From Oligoflexia bacterium (GTDB taxonomy: Bacteria; Bdellovibrionota; UBA1018; CAIMNF01): DNA of 64,000 nucleotides. Every line of letters begins with the position of its first letter. Within the stretch, counting starts at the first letter, position 1. Where the stretch lies: positions 5,594 through 69,593 of the forward strand of contig CAIMWN010000018.1 of assembly GCA_903845155.1 (NCBI GenBank), given 5' to 3'. Below the pieces are notes generated by a model that was not told the DNA's origin, did no database searches, and saw only the letters and a list, made by a program, of their open reading frames with translations. Of the stretch, positions 16,289-25,561 are shown piece after piece. Made by a program: the position numbers and the translations under genes.

Positions 16289-18723
16289 TGAGGAAGGGGC
16301 GCGCCAGGCGCTGAGTTAATCGTGGGGAACGTGGCCTCGGCGCTACCGCTATATTCAGGCGCACCGCTTGAGTAGTTGATGGTGCTATTGATTTTAATAA
16401 ATGTTTCGGCAGCGGCTCCGCCTCGAAGCCCCACTTTTCCTTGCATGGTAGAGTTTGCAAATGCTACAGCCATGGCCGAATTAGTCCAAATTGCCCAGCC
16501 ACTGGGGGGTGGCGCATTTTCGGTAAAGGTACATTGATCAAAATACATTGAAAATCGCGCGGTAGTATAGCCATTGAAAAAAACATTCGGTGCATCGGAC
16601 TGTAGTTGGTAAAATGCAAAAGTAGAGTCTACCGAATTTAAAAATTCAAGAGTAGAATATCCGATGTTCGTCGCCTTCCCATAGAACACGCTATATGAAC
16701 CACCTGAGTTAGGTGTTCCGCTATTAGAAATGGCGATATAATCGTGATCAAAAGTACCATTATAAACCAGGTTGTTTAACGCATTGTAGTTGCCGATGGC
16801 CACGCCGCGATAAGCGTTTTTAAAAGTGCAATTGTTATACATATTCTCTGAATTCATCGCAGTTGATGAATTGCCAACCGCGAGCGCATGCAAACCCCCA
16901 TCGAAAACGCAGTCGTAAAACATATTTTCTTGTGATGCAAATCCGGTTCCTGGAGTGAACTCAATATCAAAGTTAAGAGCAGTCGTGGCCGGAGACGCGG
17001 AAGCATTGTAAGGTGCAGTTTGAAAAGTGATCCCCTGAATCGTGGTATAACCAAATCCTTGCGTGCCAAAAACACCGCCATTTTGGCTAAAATTGCGCTG
17101 AATGATCGTTTGTCCGGCTCCGGCGCCACCGATATATCCACCGGCTGACTTGTATGTGTATTGAAGCGTGCTTGAAGTGAGGTAGGTGCCTGCTGGAAAA
17201 TACACGTACCTGCTTTTAGTGAGAGCGCTTTGGATGGCTGCGGTATCATCTGTAACCCCATCACCGACTGCGCCGAGGGATTTAACATTAGTCATTCCCG
17301 GAAACGGTACGTCCATCAAGGGCCTGCTGAGCGGCATGGGGATTTCGAGCTTAGGTGGAACCGCAAGTATCATATTAATTGCCGATAAGTTATTAAATGC
17401 GCCCGTACCCAAAGTTAAATTTCTGAGTGCTGGATCTACCGATCCACCATATTCCTGACGGTAGTAATACATATTCGAGGCAAAAACTAGGTAACTCATT
17501 TGCGAAGCTTTTGCTTGTGGAATGGGAGTGACGACATTGACATTGATGGGGTTGATGGGAAAGGGATTCACATCGCTTGCATTGTAATTTCCCATCGCAA
17601 CAATAGTGGCACCGGGTGCATTGCCGTTCACAATTGCGTTTGCACTCAGTGCTGCACTGTTTGAAATGAGAAACAAGTTTCCTGAACCGTTATAGTCGGC
17701 AAATGTGTTGATGGGAACGTCTGCAGCTAAACCATCGCGCAAAGACGCCGCCACCATGAGCACATTCACCCTAGTATCAGGAACTATGGTCCAATGAGTG
17801 TCCATGTGGGTAGGTGATGGAGGAACTGTTAGAATTTCAGAAGGTATGATGCCATTTAGCGGCCCGCCTTCACTTCTGACGTAAGCTATTTGATGGTAGC
17901 CAAGGTCAGATCCGGTCTCAATTTTGATGTCGCCTGCCCCTGGATTTCCTTGAAATCCAAAATCAAAAACACGAAGTCGTCCAGCTTTTTGCCAGAGGTG
18001 ATGGAACTCAGGAACCTTAAGTGTGCCACCACATCCATGGGCGTTACCGCCCACCACTACTACATCGGCATTGGGGTGATTGACGAGCAATCCTGCTGCA
18101 ACCACATTACAGGTATCGAAGGTGGAGCCTTGGAAACGAAAAGTTCCGGGACCTTCAATTGTGAATTGAGTGCCACCATTGAACACATCTTGGGATTCAT
18201 ATTGAATGGGTGAGGTATTTTGAAAGGAAATGGGAATATAATTTAGAACACTGTTGGGTACCGCAAATGTAAGACCCGCAATATTTAAGAGCGGAACATT
18301 TTTTACGATGAAGAGAGGAGCGTTCGGGTTCTTCGGTGTGAGTTGTGTGGAGATGCGATCTAATCCGTGGATATAGAGTGGCTGTGTTTGGTCGATGGTG
18401 ATGGGATTGTCGATGACGTAACTTTGCGCTTGAGGGAGTGCGATGTAGCTCGTGTGTGCGATTGCATCTTCAAGGCTCGCATATTCTGTGATGCTATGAA
18501 ACCAACTGTACGCTAAGACCGATGATGGAGTGGGGGTGGTGTTTGACAATGGAGTCGATGGTGAATTTCCAGAAGTACTTGCAATGCTATTTACTTTGCT
18601 CAAAGAATCGTTCACTTGAGGAAGAGTAAGGCTTGCGCACGTGCCGTTTTGAAAGACAAATAGGATAGCAATTAAGCTGAGAGTAATGCCAAGTGGATAT
18701 CTAAAGTCTTTGATAAATTTCAA
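16285..18723 (-). CDS. Large secreted right-handed beta-helix protein (pectate-lyase-3 / tailspike-like)
   Basis: TTG start with SD aggaga (5-nt spacing). Signal peptide. GAVGDGVTDDTAAIQSAL is the canonical N-terminal motif of the Pectate_lyase_3 family. Gly/Asn/Thr-rich repeats follow. Confidence 0.6.
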   Translation of the reverse strand: MKFIKDFRYPLGITLSLIAILFVFQNGTCASLTLPQVNDSLSKVNSIASTSGNSPSTPLSNTTPTPSSVLAYSWFHSITEYASLEDAIAHTSYIALPQAQSYVIDNPITIDQTQPLYIHGLDRISTQLTPKNPNAPLFIVKNVPLLNIAGLTFAVPNSVLNYIPISFQNTSPIQYESQDVFNGGTQFTIEGPGTFRFQGSTFDTCNVVAAGLLVNHPNADVVVVGGNAHGCGGTLKVPEFHHLWQKAGRLRVFDFGFQGNPGAGDIKIETGSDLGYHQIAYVRSEGGPLNGIIPSEILTVPPSPTHMDTHWTIVPDTRVNVLMVAASLRDGLAADVPINTFADYNGSGNLFLISNSAALSANAIVNGNAPGATIVAMGNYNASDVNPFPINPINVNVVTPIPQAKASQMSYLVFASNMYYYRQEYGGSVDPALRNLTLGTGAFNNLSAINMILAVPPKLEIPMPLSRPLMDVPFPGMTNVKSLGAVGDGVTDDTAAIQSALTKSRYVYFPAGTYLTSSTLQYTYKSAGGYIGGAGAGQTIIQRNFSQNGGVFGTQGFGYTTIQGITFQTAPYNASASPATTALNFDIEFTPGTGFASQENMFYDCVFDGGLHALAVGNSSTAMNSENMYNNCTFKNAYRGVAIGNYNALNNLVYNGTFDHDYIAISNSGTPNSGGSYSVFYGKATNIGYSTLEFLNSVDSTFAFYQLQSDAPNVFFNGYTTARFSMYFDQCTFTENAPPPSGWAIWTNSAMAVAFANSTMQGKVGLRGGAAAETFIKINSTINYSSGAPEYSGSAEATFPTINSAPGAPLPH

Positions 18724-18817
18724 ATGTATCTCCTGACCGCTTATCGCCTAAATGGCCTCCAAACTGAAGTCACTTACGGGGTGATCATTTCAGAATTAAC
18801 CCTACGTAATATCAGTG

Positions 18818-18850
18818 AATACTTCTATTTAGAATTTCTATAGAAGTATT
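18818..18850. repeat. Inverted repeat (11-bp arms, 11-nt spacer) between the lspA-like and beta-helix genes
   Basis: aatacttctat (18818-18828) / atagaagtatt (18840-18850). No U-tract on either strand. Confidence 0.5.
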
Positions 18851-18875
18851 AAATACACTTGAGTTTGGGTTGTGT

Positions 18876-19712
18876 TTAGAGCTTGTCTTTTTTCAGCGTT
18901 TGCAGACGAGAAATAATTGCGTTCACGATTTCATTTTCATCCGTTGCGCGAACTCTGATTTCGTGGTGGGGTTCTGGTTCCAAAAATCGTTCAATGGCGC
19001 GAAATGGGCCATAAATCCGATGGGTCCAAAAGAGTCCAAAAATGAAAAGGATCATTAAGATAAATATTAAGAATAACAAAAAACAAATTAACACTTCGTT
19101 GAAATTAAAGATAAGCTCATTGGACCTTAAGTAAGCAACGATAAGTAGGAAGCCAGCAGTAGCCACCACGCTCACGATGAATAAGAGTACAGAAATGATT
19201 TTGAGCTGAGAACGGGGAAAAGTGAGGAGTTGGTTTCGTAAATTTTCTTTGGGCCATAATTTTGCTGGATTCTTCCAGATTAAGATTAAGACCGCCGTTC
19301 CGCCTATCCACTGATAAAGATCGGCCAAATTCAAATAAAGAATAGGTGAAAAAAGAGAAAGTGGTATAAAATCGCAAACTCTTCCGAAGCGAAGTTTGTC
19401 GATTCCATTGCCGATAAGACCTGTTTCAAGGATGGCCAGCGAAATGATCAGCTGCGGATGCTGTCGCCAATTCAATAGTTGTATCAAACTCATGATGAAA
19501 ATACTTAAACCTAAAAGAGCCAGGGTGCAGAAGACGCGGTAGAATGGAGAAGCGCCTTCAAATGATCCTAAAAAATAGCCGGGATTGTAAATGGGGTGAG
19601 TAGCGGATATTTTTGTCCATTGGTCTATTACGAGCAGGCCCGCCATCAGTGCAGCATATCTGAATAAAGTAGTGGAGGAACGTACTGCAGAGAGAGTCGG
19701 CATATGGTTCAT
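18876..19712 (-). CDS. lspA: Signal peptidase II (LspA)-like protein with a roughly 110-aa C-terminal membrane/cytoplasmic extension
   Basis: LLVIDQWTK, GNGIDKLRFGRVCDFI and FNLADLYQWIGG correspond to LspA blocks including both catalytic Asp. 278 aa against about 160 for typical LspA. Confidence 0.6.
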   Translation of the reverse strand: MNHMPTLSAVRSSTTLFRYAALMAGLLVIDQWTKISATHPIYNPGYFLGSFEGASPFYRVFCTLALLGLSIFIMSLIQLLNWRQHPQLIISLAILETGLIGNGIDKLRFGRVCDFIPLSLFSPILYLNLADLYQWIGGTAVLILIWKNPAKLWPKENLRNQLLTFPRSQLKIISVLLFIVSVVATAGFLLIVAYLRSNELIFNFNEVLICFLLFLIFILMILFIFGLFWTHRIYGPFRAIERFLEPEPHHEIRVRATDENEIVNAIISRLQTLKKDKL

Positions 19713-19971
19713 TAAAACACATATTCAACTCCCTCTGCAAATAGAAGCTTAAGGACAAATGAGCTGAATCGTTTGCCCGTCAGCGTTGTTGCTTGAATTG
19801 GCGTTTGGATTTCCATCATATTGGTTAAGTTTTTTAAGGCCGGACTGAATATGAGTGTTGAGGTAGTTCGATGCTGCTACATAAAGTTAATGTAAATATC
19901 TGTGATTAAATGGTTCAACGACGCCGGTTATATTTTTGGTACTCCCATAATCCTTTCGCTCCAGATTGAAA

Positions 19972-20454
19972 TTAAATTTGAATTCCAAATCCCAAAATCA
20001 AATTTCTTTGCCCGTCAATAAAATCTACCGCGACTTGGGGAATGAGTGAAATCACGCCGAGTGGAATCGGAACGCGAGTTCCCACTCTTACGCCCACATG
20101 TGTGCCGATACCGGACCCAATTTCTAAAAGAGGGGAAGCATTAATGTACCAGTCTCCGCCCAGTGGATGCACAAAAACTTCGGGCACACCCATGAGTGAA
20201 ATACCCGGAGAAGAAAAAATATAATTTCCAAATGCGCCCACTCCCCACAGTGCATCGATGCGGTATTCAAACTCCGCTCCCACCTCAAGATCAGTCTCAC
20301 TTGAATTGTTCAATTCTGCAATTCCCACCCCTAAGGCAAAACGGTAGTCGTAATAGGCATTTGCCGATCTACAGGTGAAGAGGGTAGAGAGTGTGAATGC
20401 GATTGCAAACAACATAATAAATCGGCTTAGCCCTTGCTTAATCATCGAATTCAT
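19972..20454 (-). CDS. Small outer-membrane beta-barrel protein (hypothetical)
   Basis: Signal peptide MNSMIKQGLSRFIMLFAIAFTLSTLFTCRSANA with SD gaagga. Gly/aromatic-rich amphipathic strands. Confidence 0.4.
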   Translation of the reverse strand: MNSMIKQGLSRFIMLFAIAFTLSTLFTCRSANAYYDYRFALGVGIAELNNSSETDLEVGAEFEYRIDALWGVGAFGNYIFSSPGISLMGVPEVFVHPLGGDWYINASPLLEIGSGIGTHVGVRVGTRVPIPLGVISLIPQVAVDFIDGQRNLILGFGIQI

Positions 20455-20597
20455 TCTCCATTCCTTCTGAAATATTGTATCGGGCTGGACGTCCTTACTC
20501 AGTATGCCACGTCTGCAAAAAACATCCAATTTTTCGTTGGGTTCCTAAGATTTTGTGCATTGGCTTTTCTGAATGAGTGTTAGAATGGAAGGTATTA

Positions 20598-21557
20598 ATG
20601 ACGAATCGCAATCAAATGATGCTGCTCATCGCCGTCTTCGCTCTGGGTGGATATTATCTTTTCAATACACCCACGCCGAGTCCCCCTGTTGGGGTGACCG
20701 AAATTGCGCAACCGCAACCGGAAGCGCCAGAAATGACGCCAAAATTGAAATTGAATGCCGCAACTGTTAAGCAAGCGCGAGGCATTCAGTTGAGTGGGAA
20801 GTCGGCAGAAGTCAGTCAATTCCTGCCTTCTGAGGTTCCTCAAGGAAAAGTAAATCCGCGATATACTAATAAGCCGAGCGATATGACTGTTGAATTCGAA
20901 GAGATTGACGGTCAAGCGGTGGCTTTTGGTGACACCATTATCGGTAATTTAAGTAAAGACTTTACTGAGAAAAAGGGCATTACTGAAATGTTCATTCCCA
21001 AGTACTGGGACAAAGGGATTGTTCCGTATGCCATTCAGGCAACGGCGCCTCACCAAGATATGATTCAACAAGCGATCGATTATTTTAATAAAAATACTTC
21101 GATTAAATTTGTTCCCTATACAGGGCAAGACGATGCAATTGTTTTCGTAAAAGGGGAGGAGCACTGTCTCTCCTATTTGGGACGGACAGGGGGAACTCAA
21201 CCCATTTATATTTCTGGCTTGTGTGGAACTCATGAGATTCTTCATGAGCTGATGCATGCACTTGGTTTCGTCCATGAGCAATCCAGGCCAGATCGCGATC
21301 AGTATGTGGATATTTTCTGGAACCAGATTCAGGAAAAATATCAGGCACAATTTGCCATGGTTCCTGAGGTATTTATGCAAAGTTATTTCGGCTCGCCCTT
21401 TGATGCAGGTTCCATTATGATGTATAGCTCGCATGCTTTTGGAGTGAGCCCTGAGGCAGTCACTCTTAAATTAAAAAATGGACAAGAAGTGAAGCAAAGT
21501 GCCGGAGGCTTAAGTTCGAGCGACATGGAGAGAGTGAATCGGCTTTATCAAAATTAA
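20598..21557 (+). CDS. Astacin-family (M12A) zinc metalloprotease, membrane-anchored or secreted
   Basis: HELMHALGFVHEQSRPDRD (HExxHxxGxxHE) plus Met-turn SIMMYS. N-terminal signal-anchor. ATG 20598 with SD ggaagg is preferred over the GTG at 20577. Confidence 0.85.
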   Translation: MTNRNQMMLLIAVFALGGYYLFNTPTPSPPVGVTEIAQPQPEAPEMTPKLKLNAATVKQARGIQLSGKSAEVSQFLPSEVPQGKVNPRYTNKPSDMTVEFEEIDGQAVAFGDTIIGNLSKDFTEKKGITEMFIPKYWDKGIVPYAIQATAPHQDMIQQAIDYFNKNTSIKFVPYTGQDDAIVFVKGEEHCLSYLGRTGGTQPIYISGLCGTHEILHELMHALGFVHEQSRPDRDQYVDIFWNQIQEKYQAQFAMVPEVFMQSYFGSPFDAGSIMMYSSHAFGVSPEAVTLKLKNGQEVKQSAGGLSSSDMERVNRLYQN

Positions 21558-21583
21558 TATGAAGAAATTAACGTGGAAATTTA

Positions 21584-22948
21584 ATGCTCTTTAATTCGAC
21601 GTCATTTATTTTTCTTTTCATGCCCTTGGTCTTGTTGATCACTAGCAAATTGCGTGGTCAAAATTGGGTGCGAGCCATTGCACTTTTTAGTCTCATTTTT
21701 TATGCGTTCGCAGGTCATGCGTGGTTTCTCATTCCGATGCTTTTTACTACGGTCCTCGATTTCTTTTTGGCAAAGGAAATGGAAAAGCCTAAAAATGGAG
21801 ATGCGCGGAAGTCTATTTTAGTGTTTTCCATTTGTGCGAACTTAAGCCTCCTTTTCTATTTTAAATACGCAGGTTTGTTCACTCATTTGTTGGGGATTTC
21901 GATAGCGGGGGTGATTCTTCCGGCCGGAATTTCATTTTATACCTTCCAAACTTTGTCCTATATGATTGATGTATACCGAGGGAGCGCGCGTGCCGAAAGG
22001 AACTTCTGGGTATTTTTGTCCTTCGTTTCCTTTTTCCCTCATCTCGTTGCCGGGCCACTCACTCGTCACCATCAGCTGATTCCTCAGTTAAAACGAAACG
22101 CTGAAATAAAAGTTACGCCGCTCTGGAAAGCAGGAGTGTTTCTTTTTGTGCTTGGGCTTTCGAAAAAGGTGCTGGTGGCCGATCAAATTGCCCACTTGAT
22201 TGACCCTGTTTTGGAGCAGCCAAACCTCATGAGTAATCTCGACTCCTGGTTCGCCCTCTTGGGATTTGCTTTTCAAATTTACTTTGATTTTAGTGGGTAT
22301 ACCGATATGGCCATTGGGCTTGGACGTTTGCTTGGGGTCGAACTCCCGCAAAATTTCAATGACCCTTATCGATCACTCAATCCTAGTGATTTTTGGAAAC
22401 GTTGGCACATCACGCTGAGTCAGTGGTTGCGTGACTATTTATATATTCCTTTAGGCGGCAATCGCTGCTCACCTGCAAGGCAAAGATTTAATCTTTTTAT
22501 GACTATGTTGCTCGGCGGATTGTGGCATGGCGCTAATTTTACCTTTGTCATTTGGGGTTTTTATCATGGACTCTTATTGGTTTTGTATCATCAGTTTCAG
22601 AAAAAATGGGATGGACTCTCACCTCCGAGTTCAAAAGTGTTCACATTCGTACTCATCACTTTTGGCTGGGTGTTTTTTCGTGCACGAAACCTGCATGAAG
22701 TGAGTATATGGTTTGGTCAATTATTCATTCCGTCACATCTTGCTTCACTGTTAAATCCTTTTGATTTGATCAAACTAGAATTATTACTGATCGTCGCTTT
22801 TGTAATGACCACAAAAGCCCGCAGTTATTCTAAGATTGAAGCATTTGAAAAAAGCAATGTTCCCTTTGAGTTTGCGCTAGGATTGCTCGCTGCGCTTGCT
22901 TTTTTTATGATGGCAACTTCATCTAAATTTATGTATTTTCAATTTTAA
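21584..22948 (+). CDS. MBOAT-family membrane O-acyltransferase (AlgI/DltB-like)
   Basis: Multi-TM protein with WHITLSQWLRDYLYIPLGGNR (conserved His block of MBOAT/AlgI). Confidence 0.85.
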   Translation: MLFNSTSFIFLFMPLVLLITSKLRGQNWVRAIALFSLIFYAFAGHAWFLIPMLFTTVLDFFLAKEMEKPKNGDARKSILVFSICANLSLLFYFKYAGLFTHLLGISIAGVILPAGISFYTFQTLSYMIDVYRGSARAERNFWVFLSFVSFFPHLVAGPLTRHHQLIPQLKRNAEIKVTPLWKAGVFLFVLGLSKKVLVADQIAHLIDPVLEQPNLMSNLDSWFALLGFAFQIYFDFSGYTDMAIGLGRLLGVELPQNFNDPYRSLNPSDFWKRWHITLSQWLRDYLYIPLGGNRCSPARQRFNLFMTMLLGGLWHGANFTFVIWGFYHGLLLVLYHQFQKKWDGLSPPSSKVFTFVLITFGWVFFRARNLHEVSIWFGQLFIPSHLASLLNPFDLIKLELLLIVAFVMTTKARSYSKIEAFEKSNVPFEFALGLLAALAFFMMATSSKFMYFQF

Positions 22949-22963
22949 AAGGGGGGCCTCTCA

Positions 22964-24052
22964 GTGCGCATTTTTCTCGTCACATTTACAGTCCTCGTTT
23001 TAGGGGTAGGGGGCTTCAATTATTGGATTGATCCCACTCATTGGCATCATTCTTTGAACGAGTTCACTGCACCTCTACAAAAAGGTGAAGTGAGAGTGCT
23101 TGGACGAGCGGTAGATGAGCGGTTGCTTAAATTGTCGTTGATCAAGTTTGCTCCACCCGCTGATGCTGTCTTGATGGCGAGTTCAAGAGGGCTTTTAGTT
23201 CAAGAGAAAATGTTTCCTAGCCCATGCCGTTTTTTGAATTTAAGTGTGCCCAATGGATCTATTCCCGAATTTGTCGCATTTTGGGAAGCCGTCAAACTTA
23301 CTGGTCATCTTCCTAAGACCTTGATTATTTTTCTGGACCCCTGGAGTTTTAATGCGAACGGAGAACTGGGAGATCAGTCCTGGCTTTTTAAGACGGGTTT
23401 GCTCGAACAGTTTAAGATTGAACATGGGGTCATTCCCACCATGAAGGCAAAACTCAGTAATGAATGGAAGCGATGGAGTGAGTTCGAGAGTCGTTTCTTT
23501 GATCTATTTACCTGGAGCAATTTTACAGCTTCGGTGAAAATATATGATGAGCAAGGGGGGCCTGAGCGTGACCCGTATCAGGTTGTATCTGAAGGCCAAG
23601 TACCTGAAGGCAAAGCAAGCTTTGCTTATGATGGATCCTATTCTGATCCAAAAAACATGAGCCCGATTTCACAGCAAGAAATTGAGCAAAGGGCGCGGAC
23701 AGAGCCTTCCCGTATGGATGACCCACAATTCAAAAACTATAAACAAGATCCTGAACTCTTTAATTTGTTGATGGTTTTAGCTTGGGATGCACTCTGGAAG
23801 GGCACCGAGGTGCATTTCGTCATCCCTCCTTTGCATGATGTGACTCGAAATCGACTTAATAAGCTTTCGTGGACAAAAATGATCCTTCCTGATTTTGAGT
23901 CAGTTTTGAACCTAATTCATGCTCGAAATCCAGGCATTGTGATTTGCAATTTACTGGACGCCTCGCTTGCCGGTTGTGCTCCGTCGGAATTCTTAGACGG
24001 GCTGCACATGAATCGCGATTGCGCTGCAAAAGTAATCAAGAAATGCTTTTAG
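22964..24052 (+). CDS. MBOAT partner protein (DltD/AlgJ-like, N-terminal membrane anchor)
   Basis: GTG start with SD gggggg (7-nt spacing) immediately after the MBOAT gene. Single N-terminal TM then an extracytoplasmic domain. Assignment is mainly by context. Confidence 0.45.
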   Translation: MRIFLVTFTVLVLGVGGFNYWIDPTHWHHSLNEFTAPLQKGEVRVLGRAVDERLLKLSLIKFAPPADAVLMASSRGLLVQEKMFPSPCRFLNLSVPNGSIPEFVAFWEAVKLTGHLPKTLIIFLDPWSFNANGELGDQSWLFKTGLLEQFKIEHGVIPTMKAKLSNEWKRWSEFESRFFDLFTWSNFTASVKIYDEQGGPERDPYQVVSEGQVPEGKASFAYDGSYSDPKNMSPISQQEIEQRARTEPSRMDDPQFKNYKQDPELFNLLMVLAWDALWKGTEVHFVIPPLHDVTRNRLNKLSWTKMILPDFESVLNLIHARNPGIVICNLLDASLAGCAPSEFLDGLHMNRDCAAKVIKKCF

Positions 24053-24100
24053 ACTGAGACTTTTCTTTACCTCTCTGCTTGCCCTTGGCATAATGAGGAG

Positions 24101-25561
24101 GTGCGAAATACGATAGTTTTATACTTAAACGGCATACGCTGCGAGCTGAGCGGAGACCTCGCTTTCATGACGGTGTCCGATTATCTCCGCTATCAAAAGG
24201 GCCTTACTGGTACCAAGGTAGTATGTGCTGAAGGCGACTGCGGTGCTTGCACAGTGCTCGTGTCGCGGATGGTGAATGGCAAACTTGGATCATACCAATC
24301 GATCAACTCCTGTATTAGTTTTATGTATCTGCTCGATTTGTGTCACCTCATCACGGTAGAGGGCTTAAAAAAAGAGGAGACACTTCATCCGGTTCAAAAG
24401 GCAATGCTTGATTCTAATGGCGCTCAATGCGGGTATTGCACACCTGGATTTATTTGTGCAATGGCTGGCCTGACTGAAGATGCAAAAAATGGGAAATTTA
24501 TTTTGGAAGAAAAGCGAGTTAAAAACTATTTGACTGGCAACCTTTGTCGCTGCACCGGTTACGACTCTATTATTCAAGCCGGTTGCTCGGTGAATGCTGA
24601 AGCGGCTCCTTCATTGCGCGTACTGTACCAGGATGAAGAAATTGAAAAGGATTTAAAATCACTTTCGGGCCAAACAGTGTGCCTGAAAGGCGCCCAGCAA
24701 GAGTTTTGTGCCCCGGCGACTTTATCTGAAGCGCTGACATTAAAAAGTGTAAATGTGGATCTGAAGCTCACCTCAGGAGCGACAGATCTAGGTGTACTTT
24801 CTAATAAGGGAAAATTAAAATTATTAAAAACGCTCACCCTTAATCATGTGGATGAGCTGTATTCGGTAAAAGAGGACACATCTTCACTGATGGTTGGAGC
24901 TAAAGCCTCGTTGACAGCGGTGGAAGAGGCCTGCCGAACACTTTTCCCGGCATTTTCAAACTACCTTCACATTTTTGCTTCGCCTCAAATTAAAAATGCA
25001 GGCACCCTCATTGGTAATGTGGTGAATGCATCTCCGATTGCCGACACCATTCCATTTTTAAAAGTAGCAGAAGCAGAAATAGGATTGAGTAGCGTTCGCG
25101 GAGAAAGAGTGCTCAATCTCAATCAGTTTTTTAAACCCGGCTACAAACAGCTCGATCTTTTGCCTGATGAACTCGTGACGCATGTGAAAATTCCAAAATC
25201 CCATGCAAAGTTTAAACTTTATAAAGTTTCCACGCGCAAAGACCTAGATATTTCTACCGTTACCTTTGCCGTTCGTTTTGAGTTAGTAGGTGACATCATT
25301 AAAAATATTTCTTTTGCATTCGGGGGTGTGGGGCCGAGCGTACTGCGCATGACTGAACTTGAGAAACAAGCAATTGGCAAAAAATTCGAGCCCGCACTCT
25401 TTAAGGCGCTTGCTCTAAATTTGCAGTCTATGATCACACCGCTGAGTGATGTTCGCGGAAGTGCGGACTACCGTCAACTACTGTGTCACAATCTGATGCT
25501 TAAGTTTTGTGACGAAGTGACGGCTGAGCTGGGGCTCCAATCTGCGGGGATTTCGGTATGA
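24101..25561 (+). CDS. xdhA: Xanthine dehydrogenase small subunit (2Fe-2S + FAD-binding)
   Basis: Two [2Fe-2S] cysteine clusters (CAEGDCGACTV; CGYCTPGF...CRCTGY) followed by a FAD-binding CO-dehydrogenase-flavoprotein-like domain. GTG start. ATGA overlap with xdhB. Confidence 0.9.
   Translation: MRNTIVLYLNGIRCELSGDLAFMTVSDYLRYQKGLTGTKVVCAEGDCGACTVLVSRMVNGKLGSYQSINSCISFMYLLDLCHLITVEGLKKEETLHPVQKAMLDSNGAQCGYCTPGFICAMAGLTEDAKNGKFILEEKRVKNYLTGNLCRCTGYDSIIQAGCSVNAEAAPSLRVLYQDEEIEKDLKSLSGQTVCLKGAQQEFCAPATLSEALTLKSVNVDLKLTSGATDLGVLSNKGKLKLLKTLTLNHVDELYSVKEDTSSLMVGAKASLTAVEEACRTLFPAFSNYLHIFASPQIKNAGTLIGNVVNASPIADTIPFLKVAEAEIGLSSVRGERVLNLNQFFKPGYKQLDLLPDELVTHVKIPKSHAKFKLYKVSTRKDLDISTVTFAVRFELVGDIIKNISFAFGGVGPSVLRMTELEKQAIGKKFEPALFKALALNLQSMITPLSDVRGSADYRQLLCHNLMLKFCDEVTAELGLQSAGISV

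Noticed and set aside
16854-17288. Antisense ORFs inside large genes (also 35596-36111, 50713-51144, 51214-51540, 51908-52258, 20949-21434)
   Set aside because: Shadow ORFs opposite well-supported coding sequences (beta-helix protein, guaD, rpoD, astacin). They have Ser/Arg-rich compositions.
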